The notes under the pieces were generated by a model. The model ran no database searches and had not been told where the DNA came from. It worked only from the letters and a program-made list of their open reading frames with translations. A stretch of 63,440 bases of DNA, counting the filler, from Choristocarpus tenellus KU-1152 (lineage: Eukaryota; Protista; Phaeophyceae): assembly GCA_964200185.2 (NCBI GenBank). It is 9 parts of 9 records of this genome, joined end to end, with 100 filler letters (N's around TTAATTAATTAA, not from the genome) between each part and the next. Parts side by side here need not be neighbours in the genome. Positions count along the whole stretch, not along the records: positions 48,287 to 54,653 come from CAXNAD020008292.1; positions 54,754 to 58,137 come from CAXNAD020020399.1; positions 58,238 to 60,810 come from CAXNAD020026654.1; positions 60,911 to 63,440 come from CAXNAD020027020.1; 5 more parts are not named here. One strand, written 5' to 3'. Shown here piece by piece: positions 50,016 through 63,298 of this stretch. A program made the translations under genes and the position numbers. Each line of letters starts with the position of its first letter. Positions within the stretch are counted from its first letter, which is position 1.

Positions 50016-50608
50016 AACCATCTCTCTGGGGATGTAGTTGATGATGCTGTGCTGTGCTCTTGTGGGGATGACTTTGGTTCCCAAGTGTGGAAGAAGTATT
50101 AATATGAAATTACAGTGATGAAGATAAACGCAGCACCTTCTGTAGTGTTTTTGCCTCCGCGTCCGACTGGAGTTCCTCTATCTACATGATATTAGAGTGG
50201 AGCGGTACAAGGTATGTTGTTTTCTCCTTGTTAGCTTACACTCGCCTTCCTCGTGTCAACCCAGACATTATTACACTCACAGTAGGACCCAAGTGAGGGA
50301 CAGAACTGGAGCATATAATCTTTGCACATACTACAAAAGAGCAAAACCAATTGAGAGGTAGGAATGTTGGGGACCCTTTTGCATTCTAAACAGTCTTTCT
50401 TTCCCTGTGCAACACACTCTATTTAATTGCTTCATGTGCACAATAACGTACGCAAATTCATTATTCCCCCTTTCCACAAACAGAGTAACTCCAGAGTTAA
50501 GCGAAAACTTCTTCATTGGAACAAAATGTCATATCTTTGTCTTTTCTCAGGATCCTTAAAATGGAACATACCTAACTCTCCATTGGTTGGGCTCAAAATA
50601 ATACTAAT

Positions 50609-50867
50609 GAGTGAAAGTATCTTAGAGGGTACGAGTTTTATCCTATTTGTCCATTTGGGGCTTGGCTTCCCATGGGGTTTTTTATGACATTTTCCTACTC
50701 CAAATTGATTAGGAGTAGGTAAAATGTATACGTTATGAAAAGATATGTCCGGAGCATGGATATTGACACTTCCTAACAAACACGATAGCCAAAATTACAT
50801 CCAAATATCAACATTGGATTTTGGTCCCCAAATGGACTCGGCTCTACCCTTTAAGATACTTTGACTC
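50609..50867. mobile_element. Full-length MITE (259 bp), TSD TAAT
   Basis: GAGTGAAAGTATCTTAGAGGGTA...TACCCTTTAAGATACTTTGACTC with TAAT on both sides. Confidence 0.93.
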
Positions 50868-51065
50868 TAATGAACATTATGTTCCATCACACTCTACTCA
50901 CCTCTTGTATTTGCATGACAAAGAGGTAGAAAGTGTTCCTTGGATTGTATGAAATGACATACATCTCATGTGGCGAATGGAGACGAGAGAGGGTGACGTT
51001 CCGTCAATTTTGACGTCTAATGTAAAAACTTCAAAATATAAAATATCAATGTTTATGTTGAATAT

Positions 51066-51422
51066 TGTGCAATTTACCTTGGGAGGCAATGCTATTTATC
51101 AGTAGTGAAGACAATAAGGTGTGAAGCCTCACACGGTTCCCCATTGCTGAACGTGATTGCATGGTTGAAATTAGAAGAGTGACCTTTGTGGGATGTCTTC
51201 TCATTGCTTGTTTATTATTAATTGTGCTTCCTACCTAAGTCAACGGTTTTATGTCAAATTAGTTGAATGCGGAATAAATCCCCATACATAATCCATATAT
51301 AATCCGGATGTACTATCTCATTAGTTACATCACATGGACTCANNNNNNNNNNGACTCAATTCAACACAATAATCTCATATACACAAAATATGGTACACCT
51401 CACTATTGTCCTATTTTGCACA
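51066..51422 (-). mobile_element. 3' LTR of a Copia relic (same family as the solo LTR at 1322)
   Basis: TGTGCAA...TTGCACA, followed on the + strand by CTCCCCCATGAG, the reverse complement of a PPT. Confidence 0.88.
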
Positions 51423-52099
51423 CTCCCCCATGAGAGTGGAAATAAGAGAAGACAGATGGATTCAACTCTCACACACACCACATTTATCCTGTCAATGCAG
51501 TAAAAGAACGCAGATTGCTTGAACTCTAACACTCGACATTCATCTAGTCAACACAGTGTCTACAAAGTCTTGTACCTGCTCCTTTAGATGTGTTGCAGGC
51601 GTCCCTCAGAACTTACCTCCACAGGATGTACAACTCAAATCCAACGACCGTAAAACGACGCTATGGGGGCGTTGCCCTTTACAACAGTTTGTAGGGTGTC
51701 AGGTGTCCTTCTCTTCTTGATATTCCACTCAGTGCTTAGCTCAAAGCTCGACTCAAAGTTCGTTCAAGACAAAGATAAAGACTGGAGGTAAAAGGGGGTG
51801 ATCGTTTGACCATAAGCCCTCTTATTATTTTCATCATCCACCCAATTTCTTTGGTCTTCTATGCAACTGCTCTACACGTACTCCAACCATAAACCTTTCT
51901 TCTGCAACTTCATAGGGACTTTGACAAATGTTACGTATGCATCCCGAATCTTACTCTGTATCTTCTATGAAATCATCTTTTGATCTGTAAGGCTACCTAT
52001 GTGTTGCCAATATCGTATATTGTTCGCACTTGTTAGAATGCGAAACAATACTCGCACTATACATCTGTCACAAATGTTCGTGTTTGCTAAAACATGGGA

Positions 52100-52655
52100 A
52101 GAAATGCTCGCGCTATTCGCCTGTAACAGATGTACCAAAATAGTGATATACAATCGTGTCCCATGATGATCCCTCGCTTAGTGTATGGGTAAAAAAATGA
52201 GCCAGCTCCCTTCTGCTGTTTCTCTCGTACGTAGCACTCACTCCCCCTGGCTTGAATCTGAGGAATATTGCATGCCACATTCCATGTACCATTGCTGTCC
52301 ATTTCGCTTCTGATGAAGATGTGGTTACAGCTCCTTGCATCTTGGATTTCCATGCATTTGTTGCCAGAGGAGAGCAACACCGTCTAGACAGGCGGAGGAA
52401 TTAGCTGAACCAGGGTTGGAGCCAGAACAGAAAAAAACAGTGGAAGGTTGTCAGCAAAGGGGACTGCAACATGTTCTACGATACCTAGTGGGCGCCATGA
52501 AAGTAGGGATACACTATCCTGCTGCTGGTGAAATGGACAATGGGGGTCTGGTCGGGTATGGAGACTCAGACTGGGGCAATAATACTGTTTCAAGACGAAG
52601 CATGACGGGATACCTAATCCTATTGAATGAGGTACCAATTGCATCTTGGATATAA
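52100..52655. mobile_element. Rearranged Copia pol fragments
   Basis: Plus strand: LQHVLRYL...GYGDSDWG...RRSMTGY...PIASW. Minus strand: WKSKMQGAVTTSSSEAKW joined to KRGIIMGHDCISLFWYI. Confidence 0.8.
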
Positions 52656-53512
52656 AGAATATATATCCAGAAGTGATTAATACTTCACATCCAACCAATC
52701 TAATCCATTAAAAAATTTAACGTAGTCATGGTTGGAAAGTGTCAACATACTAAGTTGTCATTTGTGTCGCAATGCCCCTTCAACTGCATCACCAAAATAT
52801 TACAACAGTATTTGTATGAATATCACTCTCTACAGCAACAATAAAAAACACTATTTGTTGTGAGGCGAGTCCAATCAGTTGTAGGGGGTTTCAGAATCAC
52901 CATTATTTGTGTAAAGGTGGGGTGGTTTCAACAAACCCAAACCTCTCTCAGTCATCAAATCTTAAAAAAAATTGAATGGAATCTCGGATCCGATGGGTGA
53001 CGTCACATCCTTATGACTGTCAACAACATACAGTCTGAGAATAAGACTATTTGTATGTGATGTTGATGGGAACATCACCAATGAAAAAGAAATGTGCGCG
53101 CAATTCACTTGCGTGTGCGCGCGGATGTGGATGGGACTGAGATCAGTTCCCAACCAAACCTCTTTCTCACAATTATATATAAATGATAATATTACACTTT
53201 TGACATTTTGTAGATGTGTCAGGGAAAAAGCAAAACCTGTACCACAACACTGTAAAAATAAGAATCAAATGTAAAAGATATTTCTCTCAAAATTAATTAA
53301 TCTGGAATGAAGGGTTGTCTGTTACTATACGGTTTGATGTTCTTTCCAACAACCCTCATACCTACACTGAATTACCATGGTTCCACATGTGAGGATCAAC
53401 TAGAGAGCAGTCAATCACTGACGGATATTTTGAGAACTTCCCCTCCTTGAATCGTGATTTTCTCCTCTCTGGAACGTGAGTCTGCCCTCTCGTCGCACTA
53501 CGCACTTCTACC

Positions 53513-53660
53513 TGTCCAACCTTAATCTCGTCCTCTCCATTACGGTTCGTGTTGGTCCGTCTGGTCCGTCTCATCTAGTGATTCTCTTCGCCACTCTTCT
53601 TACCTGAGTGAACCACGCTGGCACATATCACGCGATTCACAACAGCGACTATCTGGTGAG
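53513..53660. repeat. Dispersed repeat family X, copy 2
   Basis: Similarity to 48484-48620. Confidence 0.78.
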
Positions 53661-54653
53661 TTCAGGTAATAGGCGACAGTTAAATTTTGACCACACGACA
53701 GTAAGGCAAGGTCAAAGATCAGACGATGCCCGTAGCAAAAAAGAAGGTATACCCCATCCCCTACATCGATCGTAGGCAGTTTTTCATCCCTCGAGGATCG
53801 TGTTGATTTGGTGATAGGGATATATGAAGGGTGCTGCTCAAAAATCCTCCCCACCATAACACCCAAGCCACACCAATCATGTAAGACCAGTTGCATGTTC
53901 ACCAAGTATTCCTTACTATTGATCAGAGGGGAGTTGTCGCTTCAAATATTCAAGATTCTGACAGGATGTGCAATTGAGATTTTTTGGAAAGGATTCCGTT
54001 TTAATTGTTAAAGTGTCCTGCCGCAATAGTTCTCGACTAGACCCATTAAGTTAGTGCCCCCATAAAAATAGATATGTAGCATCCGGAACTATTGACCCTT
54101 GTTCTGTGGAAATTGCAACCAAAATTATTAGAGGATTAGGTGACAAACGTTGAAATCGTGTTCCCAGATCCAACACGCCTGTCCCCATTGCCCTCCCAAC
54201 CCGGTAGAAAGGTGCGTAGAGAGCGTTAACGAATGCGTTCACCCGTGCGGAACCGGTGAGTGTGTCTGCCCCTAGACTAAAGTTGCTGAAACAAGTAGCG
54301 AACTAGTCTGTTGATCAATAGCGTCACTGGTCACACCTCCACCCAATAAACTTACACCAGTACTACTGTCGTTATCACACCTCGTGATGAGCAGTCTCCA
54401 CGCTCTGAAGTCATACAATTACGCGAGAGAACCGATGTCCTCTCACGGAGTTAGAAACGTTCTTCAGTCTGGTTGTCAGCGAGACAACTAGTGCAAGCTC
54501 GTTCCACTGTGCGTTCAGCCTCACAGCTCAGGCATCCATATTGTCGTGCCGAATCCCGAGCTATGCTCCTTTTGTAAACCAGTATCGTAGCACTATGCAA
54601 CGTGAAACACGCCAGTAGTAGGCTCAAAGTATCCGGGAGGGGGTGGCGGCTGT

Positions 54654-54753
54654 NNNNNNNNNNNNNNNNNNNNNNNNNNNNNNNNNNNNNNNNNNNNTTA
54701 ATTAATTAANNNNNNNNNNNNNNNNNNNNNNNNNNNNNNNNNNNNNNNNNNNN
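54654..54753. other. Artificial contig linker
   Basis: N44-TTAATTAATTAA-N44. Confidence 0.98.
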
Positions 54754-54799
54754 CTGTGATCTACGACCAGGTAACAGTAGTAGGCACCGTGTATACCAT

Positions 54800-56450
54800 C
54801 ACGACCCATCCAGTCCACACCATACTCCTGTGTGCCAAGACCATATAAGCATGAAGCACGTTCCACAGTAAAGAGCATGTGAAAATGTGATCGATTTTCT
54901 CCCTCGCATTATCAGTATAGCATTGGCAGCTTCAGGGTCCTGAACCCGACCCTTCATTTCTCTCGAAGTAGCACTCCTCATCCTTGTGCTCACTTTCCAG
55001 CTGGTTACTCCACTTCAGCTGAGGTTGGGGGTTGAGCTTGCCTTGAAGGGGCACATCAAACTTCTCCACTGTACACACAATAGCAAACGAGGCACCATAT
55101 ACTGTAATTTCAATACTATACAGTATCGCCTAAACACCAGTACAGCACATGTGCTGGGTTGGGTTGGAATGAGGGTGGACAGATTTAATGGGAAAAGGCA
55201 AGGAACTCATTATTGGTGAGAAGAGGAGGTAACATCCCAGTCGTGACCAAATGTATGACAAAGCCTGGTGGATTTCATGCAAGACATCAGTACTTACTAC
55301 TGTGCACCTTATGATACCTACTGTCAACGACGATGGAGGTATCGTTCTCGGTGAACTTCATTTCTCTTTGTTACAAAATCGACCAAAGTGAATGATGGCC
55401 TTGTCGTTGTTGGCTCCTTCAAACTGCCTTTCTGTCACCACTATAGCACGTCCTGTAGTCCACAGTGACCTGGTTATGCAATACCCCAACAACCCTCCTT
55501 ACCTCTGTAATATGTAGAATGTGAATTAGGTGCGTTTTGAATGTGGGCCGCATCAGTGGAACCCACAAAACTCCTAACTTGGTGAAGGTATCTGCAATCG
55601 TCTTCAAGTCATCATCGACGGGGATGAAGATCTAGGTGTTATTAATATCCTTCTCCCAAAACCCTGCCAGAAAGTGGAAGAATTCTTGATGTGTGTTCGC
55701 CGCAATACCAGAGGATATCTGCACATCGTCTAAACAGCTCCCTCTATCAAGGATCTGCAGGACCACCAGAACCTAGGCGGACACTAAGAAAATCGAGGAA
55801 TGACAGAAACGCTGAAGAAATTTGAATATTTTCTGTATGTGCGAGTACCATCTAATTGGTTCCCCCCAAATAGCAAATGTGAACTGTGAGGTTTTGAGCT
55901 AACCAAAAAATGGTATAGCAAGTCCGCCACCTTCGAAACACGGAAGTAAACATCAATGCACCTATACTCCTTGCAAACCTTGTTGGAAGAGGACCTTCCT
56001 TCTCCCATAAGTTCGTGTTTGGTTTGAGCCACCGTCACCCACTCGGACGTAGACCTGGGACAAATCACTCACCTGTAGTCCATGTGTATCGCGTGGCGTC
56101 CATTGCTTCTCAACAGCCTTCTCGACCAACCAACGCTTCCGCTTACATTCTCCGACCACTTTCGTCTAGAACGCGAATGGCAATCGAAATCTCCTCCTGC
56201 TCTTCTTGGTGTCCCGTCTACTCGTGTCTATCAAGTGGACCTCCCATTCCAATACCTTGGACCAGGCACTACCCCTGCAATCGGCCCGTGGTCAGGCTCT
56301 GCCACGTTTGGCTCACCTTTTCCGTTTTGTCCCTCCTCATTGGAATCCACAATGACCGCAACGACTTTAACCACTTCAAACATGAAGTCCTCAAATTCTT
56401 TCTCGCGATCACGTTCAGGGTTTTCTATTGCCTTCCTCAATGTCCGTAAC
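54800..56450 (-). mobile_element. Degenerate PIF/Harbinger (DDE_Tnp_4-like) transposase with an intron
   Basis: LQILDRGSCLDDV..SGI...THQEFFHF; QVTVDY; GANNDKAII; VDSRYHK|intron 55307-55069|WRSLMCPFK; WSNQLESEHKDEECYF; FRTLKLP; IFTCSLLWNVLH. Many frameshifts. Confidence 0.78.
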
Positions 56451-56527
56451 TAAGTGGTTGGGTGACAAAAGTGGATTTCTTCATTGTTTCTAATCCCATG
56501 AAATATCGCTCAGAACAATCTTGATCA

Positions 56528-56670
56528 GAAAATTCAGTAAGATTTTTCTGTATGATATGGGAGATTTTACAACAAGGTTATAATGTTCCAAAATTCAATT
56601 AGGTTTTTCTGTATGATATGGGAGAATATAGAACAAATTTGGTTACAATGTTCGAAAATTCAGTAAGATT
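56528..56670. repeat. Minisatellite, ~62-nt unit, about 2.3 copies
   Basis: AAAATTCA.TA.G.TTTTTCTGTATGATATGGGAGA...GGTTA.AATGTTC repeated. Confidence 0.8.
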
Positions 56671-56839
56671 GGTGATACGTATGATTAGGTTGAGGTTAAT
56701 ATATAAGTTACACATATTTTCCTGGATATGTATTGAAAGTCTGAAAATGTATTGCCACTCAGAATTATTTTCATCGATGAAATTTTATCCTTCCTTCACT
56801 ACTACTTGTAAGGTATTTTTCTATTGTTTGAATATTTTC

Positions 56840-57210
56840 GATCATATGTGGAAAGCATGTTTGCCTCGTATTATACCGTTATTGCCGTATGCCATATTCC
56901 GTTATACCGTGGTACCGATTGAGGTTCCCAGTCAAGCATCCATGATTTCACTGACAGACTTTCTGTCAGAATGTCACACATAGAATATCCACTTTATTCC
57001 CACGCCTTGACTGATGATGAAAAGCCCCAGCTTTGATGTTACTCATCACTCCTAAGTTTGCACTTGTCCAACCTTAACCTCGTACCGTCGGTCACGGTTC
57101 GTCCTTGTTCGAGTGATCCATCTTGCCCGGTGATTCTCTTCACCACCACCCTTGGACCACGCCGCCACAGAATCACACGATTCACATTGGCGACAGAATC
57201 ACACGATTCA
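56840..57210. repeat. Dispersed repeat family X, copy 3 (extended)
   Basis: Collinear with 61000-61400, from TGTGGAAAGCATGTTTG through GTCCAACCTTAACCTCGTACC. Confidence 0.82.
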
Positions 57211-58137
57211 CACATAATTCAGAAAATCTCCTATACACATTTACAAAAAGAGATGAAACTTGCACATTTGTCTACATATATATCCCTCAATCATCCAATT
57301 CAATACCAATTGAATGTTTCTTGGTCCTACTTCTCAGACATCATCCTGGTTATCGTTGCCTTCACTTCTCTCCCGTTCGTTCCTACGTTTCATCTCCACC
57401 TACCAGTCACTTCTTCAACTTTTCTCCTCCTTCTGACTTCTACCCACCCAATCCTTACCTTATATTATTATCATGTGTCGGGAAAACAAATGAATATTAC
57501 TTTATCCTCCACCTTCCAATTCAATTATTTTCACTCTCACAATACTCAATCTACGATACATATTCCCTTCCACGAATTCCAACGTTCCTAAAAACAGATT
57601 ACTTCATCACTTTCTTGGAAAAGGAAAAATATCCACTTGCAAAAATGACTCCAAACCTTGTTTACCACCATTTCCGTGCTGTCTACCCAAAAAGAATTAT
57701 ATACTTACATTCTCCCTTGCTCTAGATTATCTTTGAAACAGAGAAAAAAATGGAAAATAAGAACACTGGTTTCAATCACTCGTAACTTCCTCCGATAATG
57801 TGTTGGATGATCTGTCATAACTCAAATTCGTTGAAAAGGTAAGTCGACCCTGCCTCTATATCCATCTGGTATGACCATTTTCTGTGGATGACATTGTACT
57901 ACACCTCTTATACCTCTCATCCACTACCACAATACATTATGTTCAAGCTTTGCAAGTCATCAGGGTCAAAGTATCGGGGAGGGGGGGGTGTTAGCGTCCG
58001 TTTTTGCCCCTTTTTCGATTTTCACTTTTTTGGTGTGATTTGGTCGCACGTGACGGATTGTAAATGTCAGCAAAAAAATGAGTTGTTTCACCGAAACGGA
58101 CGCCCCCTCACAAACCACCATCCTCCCCCCCTGTCAT

Positions 58138-58237
58138 NNNNNNNNNNNNNNNNNNNNNNNNNNNNNNNNNNNNNNNNNNNNTTAATTAATTAANNNNNNN
58201 NNNNNNNNNNNNNNNNNNNNNNNNNNNNNNNNNNNNN
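58138..58237. other. Artificial contig linker
   Basis: N44-TTAATTAATTAA-N44. Confidence 0.98.
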
Positions 58238-58305
58238 GGGGGGGGGGGGGGTAGGGGTCAGCTGGGGGGGGGGGGGGGGGGAGGGGGATCGGCATATATC
58301 GATCA

Positions 58306-60111
58306 GTCTTGCATATTGGAGTCCTCACAGGAGAAAGGAATAGGTGCTGGGGCCCTAGTAGATCTTCAACTGAATATGTCTGCCGTGGGTGACTCATGGG
58401 CTTCCATCACTTGGAGTAGGGCGGCATCAGAGGGACTGGGGAAAAAGCCTGCATGGTATGAGGTTTGTTGAGGTGGCACCTTGGGGTCCTTAACTAGGTG
58501 TGATATTTTTTTCTCATGTTCTGTATCATCATGCTGAATCCCTCTTCATGTTGTCTTTATTGTATTGCCTTTTTTCACCTGTATGTATTTCAAGTTAGAC
58601 ATTGGTCTCCCCTCGGTTCTGAGAGGGTTAAATGTTTCAAATCATTTTTTCGCATTCAGCAGTACAAGTAGTCAAGTCTATGGTGTGCTTTCTATTTACT
58701 TTATTGCACATATTAAACTTCAAAGGAGAACATTCTATGGACTGGGCAAGAGGAAAGGCAACGCCAAAGACTGTATCAGGCCTTGTCAATATTGCAATCA
58801 AAACGATGAACAGTCATGATGGATCCCTGGACTCTGAAGGAGACCTTGCCCATTTATATCATGTTCCCAGGTTGAGATTTCACAAGGAAGAAGTGGGGAA
58901 GCCTTTGAGTCTGCTGGTCCGCCATTCCACCCACCAGATGCACATCAGCAAGACAATCTTCTCCTTCCAAGCAGCTCTGGAACCAGGGCAGGGGCTCTGC
59001 CCAACAGGCAATTCTCCTACACCTTGATAGGCCTAGAGCCAGCGTCAGAGTACTCTGTCAGGGTGAGATTAGTGACCAAGTCTGGACCAGGGATATATTC
59101 ATCCTTGCTGCTGGTGAAAACATTATCTTCTCCTACAAATACGTGGAAGCAGGTGGGATTGAATCAAGAGCAAAATGTAGACTGATAAATTAGAGTTGTT
59201 TGCCTGCAAGGTTAGAACCTGATTGCTAGAGGGTCAGTTGTAGATTCATGGTACTCGATATGGGCCCAATATGGCAGCATGACAAGGCCCTGAAGGCTCA
59301 AAGTAGATATGATGCCAGTGATGTGTTGTAAAAAATTGTATATAGAGTAAGAGAAACACACTAGAGGATGAAAAGGTTAAACACCTCATAACCCAGACTA
59401 CTCTGAGGCAATCACAGGGAGAACTACTCACATCAAAGTGTCATGGAAAAATTGAAGCATTATAGTGGGATTGGCATTCGGGACAAAACTATTGGTAACA
59501 TTTTCTGCATAATAGACTGACAAGAATCAGTGGAAGAAATGCTGTAATTAGTCACAAGCAAAGAGTTTCATCTTTAGGTGTGGTCAGTAGTTGAGATTTA
59601 CTGTATGGTCAGTCCAGGCTTTTGTCATACATTATCTACACCTATATTCTTGCACCTGAATTGTATCGGGTATTATGCTTTGTAAACTCTCATTATGAAC
59701 TAACCGTTATTCACCATTTCCCAAAGATAGAGTTCTACATGTGAAACTCGTTGTGACGACATTTTCAATTGTTAGCAAGGCTTAGTCTTTCCAGGGTCAC
59801 CAATGCAAGGAATATGGAGTGAAGCACTCCTTGAACTTGAAATCGGTGCAGAAGTTGTATGAGATATCGTACAGTTAGTCATCATCCTCGAGTACAATAC
59901 GTAAGGTAAATTACAACAATACTCTTGCAATAATTGGAAATGCCATCATATGCAAATGGCATACCACAAAACAAGAATAGCAGACACTGTGGAATCCTAT
60001 TCTGCCTTTGAACTTGGACAGGTTCACCCAAAGGGATTACGTCTGGCCATGGGTGGGGGAGGTCTATCAGCGCCAGTGATAGGTCAACCATATGTCACCT
60101 CAGTTGGTCAG
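58306..60111 (+). CDS. Fibronectin type III domain protein, internal exons (~58306-58462, 58871-59152, 60022-60111)
   Basis: VGDSWASITWSR...WYE|VEIS...FSYTLIGLEPASEYSVRVRLVTKSGPGIYS is an FN3 consensus. Phase-0 GT-AG introns. Confidence 0.8.
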
Positions 60112-60810
60112 GTTGGTGGTGATTGTAAGCCTCTAAGTGCAACAGAATACTTGAGGACAAGGAGGGAAGTAGGCATCGACTAGACACATTTCCTCCGCTG
60201 ATTGAAATTTATCTAGTGTCTAATATATGGGGTACAAAATGCCCTTTCACATGGAAGAGAGACTCCAGAATTGAGATTGGGTGGATGGTCACATCTCTAG
60301 CTTTCATTCATCCACCTTCTCTTCTCAATACTCCTATTAAGGTCCATTTGTATATTAAATCAAAGTTCTAGAATATTTTTCCTTTCAGGCCACCATACCC
60401 TGTACCAGCATTTGCCATATCCATGGTTGTCACTCAGATTCCAACAACCCCAACAACCTGACGGCATTGTGGACATTGCTTCACAACGTAGAGTGTGCCT
60501 TCTGGGATGAAAGTTATCTTTCACTGCGTACCTTGCACCCAATTTTGGCTGTATATCATAGGTTTGATTATCAGAGTTTCAGATTTAAAATAGAGAAAGA
60601 ACAAGTGTCACACCCATGACGGGGCATAGTGCAATAAGAGACCATGACCGAAATATGCCCCAAATGTTCAGTTTTCTAATCTTAATGCTGGTATTCCAAT
60701 TTGGTGGTTTTCATGCTTGGACCTGTGATCAACACTTGTCCAAAATTCTATCCTACTCAAAACACATGACCCAAAGTATCTTGGAGGGGGGGGGGGGGGG
60801 GGGGGGTCTA

Positions 60811-60910
60811 NNNNNNNNNNNNNNNNNNNNNNNNNNNNNNNNNNNNNNNNNNNNTTAATTAATTAANNNNNNNNNNNNNNNNNNNNNNNNNNNNNNNNNN
60901 NNNNNNNNNN
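60811..60910. other. Artificial contig linker
   Basis: N44-TTAATTAATTAA-N44. Confidence 0.98.
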
Positions 60911-60999
60911 GTCCTCAACATAAGAATACTATAAGACAATGCGTGGAAACCACTAATCAGTTACTTCACCACTATCAAATATTGTTAAACTATATATAA

Positions 61000-61400
61000 T
61001 GTGTGGAAAGCATGTTTGTCTGTTATTATACCGTTATTGCCGTATGAGATATACCGTTACACTGTTGAACCGATTGAGGTTCCTTGTCAAGCATCCATGA
61101 TTCCACTGGCGGACCTTCTGTCATAATGAAACCATGGAATCTCTGCACGAGATAAATCCCACAGACTTGGGACAGTTCGTCATTCAGAGCTGTCACACAT
61201 GGAAGATCCACTCTGTTCTCATGTCTTGACTTGTAGTCATGAGGCCCTTCTTTGAAGATGCTCATGACTCCTCAATTCACACTTGTCCAACCTTAACCTC
61301 GTACCCTCGATTACGGTTCGTCTTTATTCGTCTGGTCCGTCTTGCCCGGTGATTCTCTTCACCACCCTTGCCTGAGTGAACCACGCCGCCATAGAATCAT
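61000..61400. repeat. Dispersed repeat family X, copy 4 (extended)
   Basis: Collinear with 56840-57210. Confidence 0.82.
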
Positions 61401-63298
61401 GGAGATTATTATAAGCAGAACTGAAACTAAGAATCATTGTGGTTCGGACAAGAGATGGAGTAATATATAAGATTCCAGATATATGTGAAAGATAGATCTC
61501 TCCTTTGACATTTTGTGGATATGGCGCGCAGCCATATCCATATGAGCGCGCCAACCACGTCTTTAAACTTCCCCATATCCATCAGTGAAAAAACACACAC
61601 ACACAAGATCCAGGTTTGACCAAACACTCAAAATTATTTTCAAAACTAAGATCCTTTTTCTTGCTGTGACGTTGCTCAGTCATTCTGTGATATCAACTGT
61701 GGACATAAGGTTTTGATTCTGTTCTGAATCTCCTCAACTGACGTTTGGGGTTCTTAGCCAAGACCCAAGAACTCGATCTCGGTCTCTGTGGTGGAAGACT
61801 TCAGTTTGATCATTGTTATTGATCCCTTTTTAAGAGATCTTTGGCACCTTGACACTTCCACATTTATTCTTAGAAGAGTTGGGAAAGAAGAGTTCGTATA
61901 CTGTAGTACGAGCAAATCAAGATGACGACTAGTGTTGGTAATATTTTGGATGAGAGATCTGGCTATGTTCTGGCAGTTGGAAATTTGGAAAGATGTTCGG
62001 CGAAACCCTCAATTTAAGATGTTCTGCAAGAGATGTTCCTCTTATTCGGCAAATCGGAAAGACCTTCAACAAAATCTCGACGTTAGATATTTTAGTGGAG
62101 GTGTCCCCCAAACCTACTCTCCACACATTACCCCCGCTGAGGACATAGTCCCCTAAACTCACGCCGCCAATAAGGCTGACCCAGCCATGTGAGAACAGGG
62201 TAGAGGGGCAAACCAGATTGAGATACAATTATTCTCGACTTCACTAATAATTCACTCAATAATAGTAGCGAACAAGAAATTTCCCACATGGGTTGTTCAT
62301 GTGTGACCTCCTATTCAGGGGAGCCTAGGAATGATTGAATAGAAATACCCACTTGGAGTTTTTCTGGTGTAAACTCCTCCACTTGGGGGAGCTACTAAGA
62401 ACTGGCGAGAATTCCCACATGGGTTTTCCCAATTTAGTATCTACAGATATGGGGACCCATAGTAACTTGATTGAGTAGTTGGTACGGCGCGAAGTCACCA
62501 TACTTCAAATTCTTCACTGAAGAGACAGAATGTATTCCTAACAAGCGGGGTGGACAGCCTCTTCACTGGTCCATAGGCATACTAGCAACCTCTCCCGCAG
62601 AACAGAACACGACTTCCAACAAACAACAAGGAACTCTGAGAGGGACAAAAAACAATGTCATTTTCACATATGCAACCAACAGAGCGAGAATCTAAGCTCA
62701 AACCGTGAGCTGAAATTAAACGAAGTACTCTTTGAGAAACAGACAGACAAATCTTGCCACAAACATTACCCGATTTGTTTGCCTGCAGTACAAACTAGGG
62801 TCATTGAACATATGACTTCCATCACAAACACTGGTCTGGTCCAATGTCTACAATATGGACTAGGATCATTCTTTTGATGAAATACCCACTACCAGAAATA
62901 ATAATATTGTCAATAGTAGGGCCATACCACAGATGGAACTGATGGAGACAATCAAGGGTAACATGAGCTATACAGACACAGTTAAAGCCCAGGTGGGAGT
63001 CTCATAAGCTGTGTATTTTGGCAACTAATATAGGAGGACAAGGTCTCGATACTCAGCAAATCCTATCGGCACATTGAAAAACATCCTCGACTCTTTCCAC
63101 AAATCACTTGCCGGGGTGAAACCGCAGGGCCCTATCCAATTGATGGCCTTATTAGGGGATGGATGAACTGGTCCCTTCTTATGCACTACGGTGCCCTCAA
63201 TAAAGTAGGCTCCAAGTACAGACTGGTGAGCATCTCCTTGGCTTATAGCTGGTCCAGATTACACTCTACCCATGAACAAGGAGTTCAACTCTGTTACA

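Noticed and set aside
57058-57725. 177- and 200-aa overlapping ORFs
   Set aside because: Pyrimidine-rich, stop-poor sequence overlapping a repeat, with no protein-like signature.
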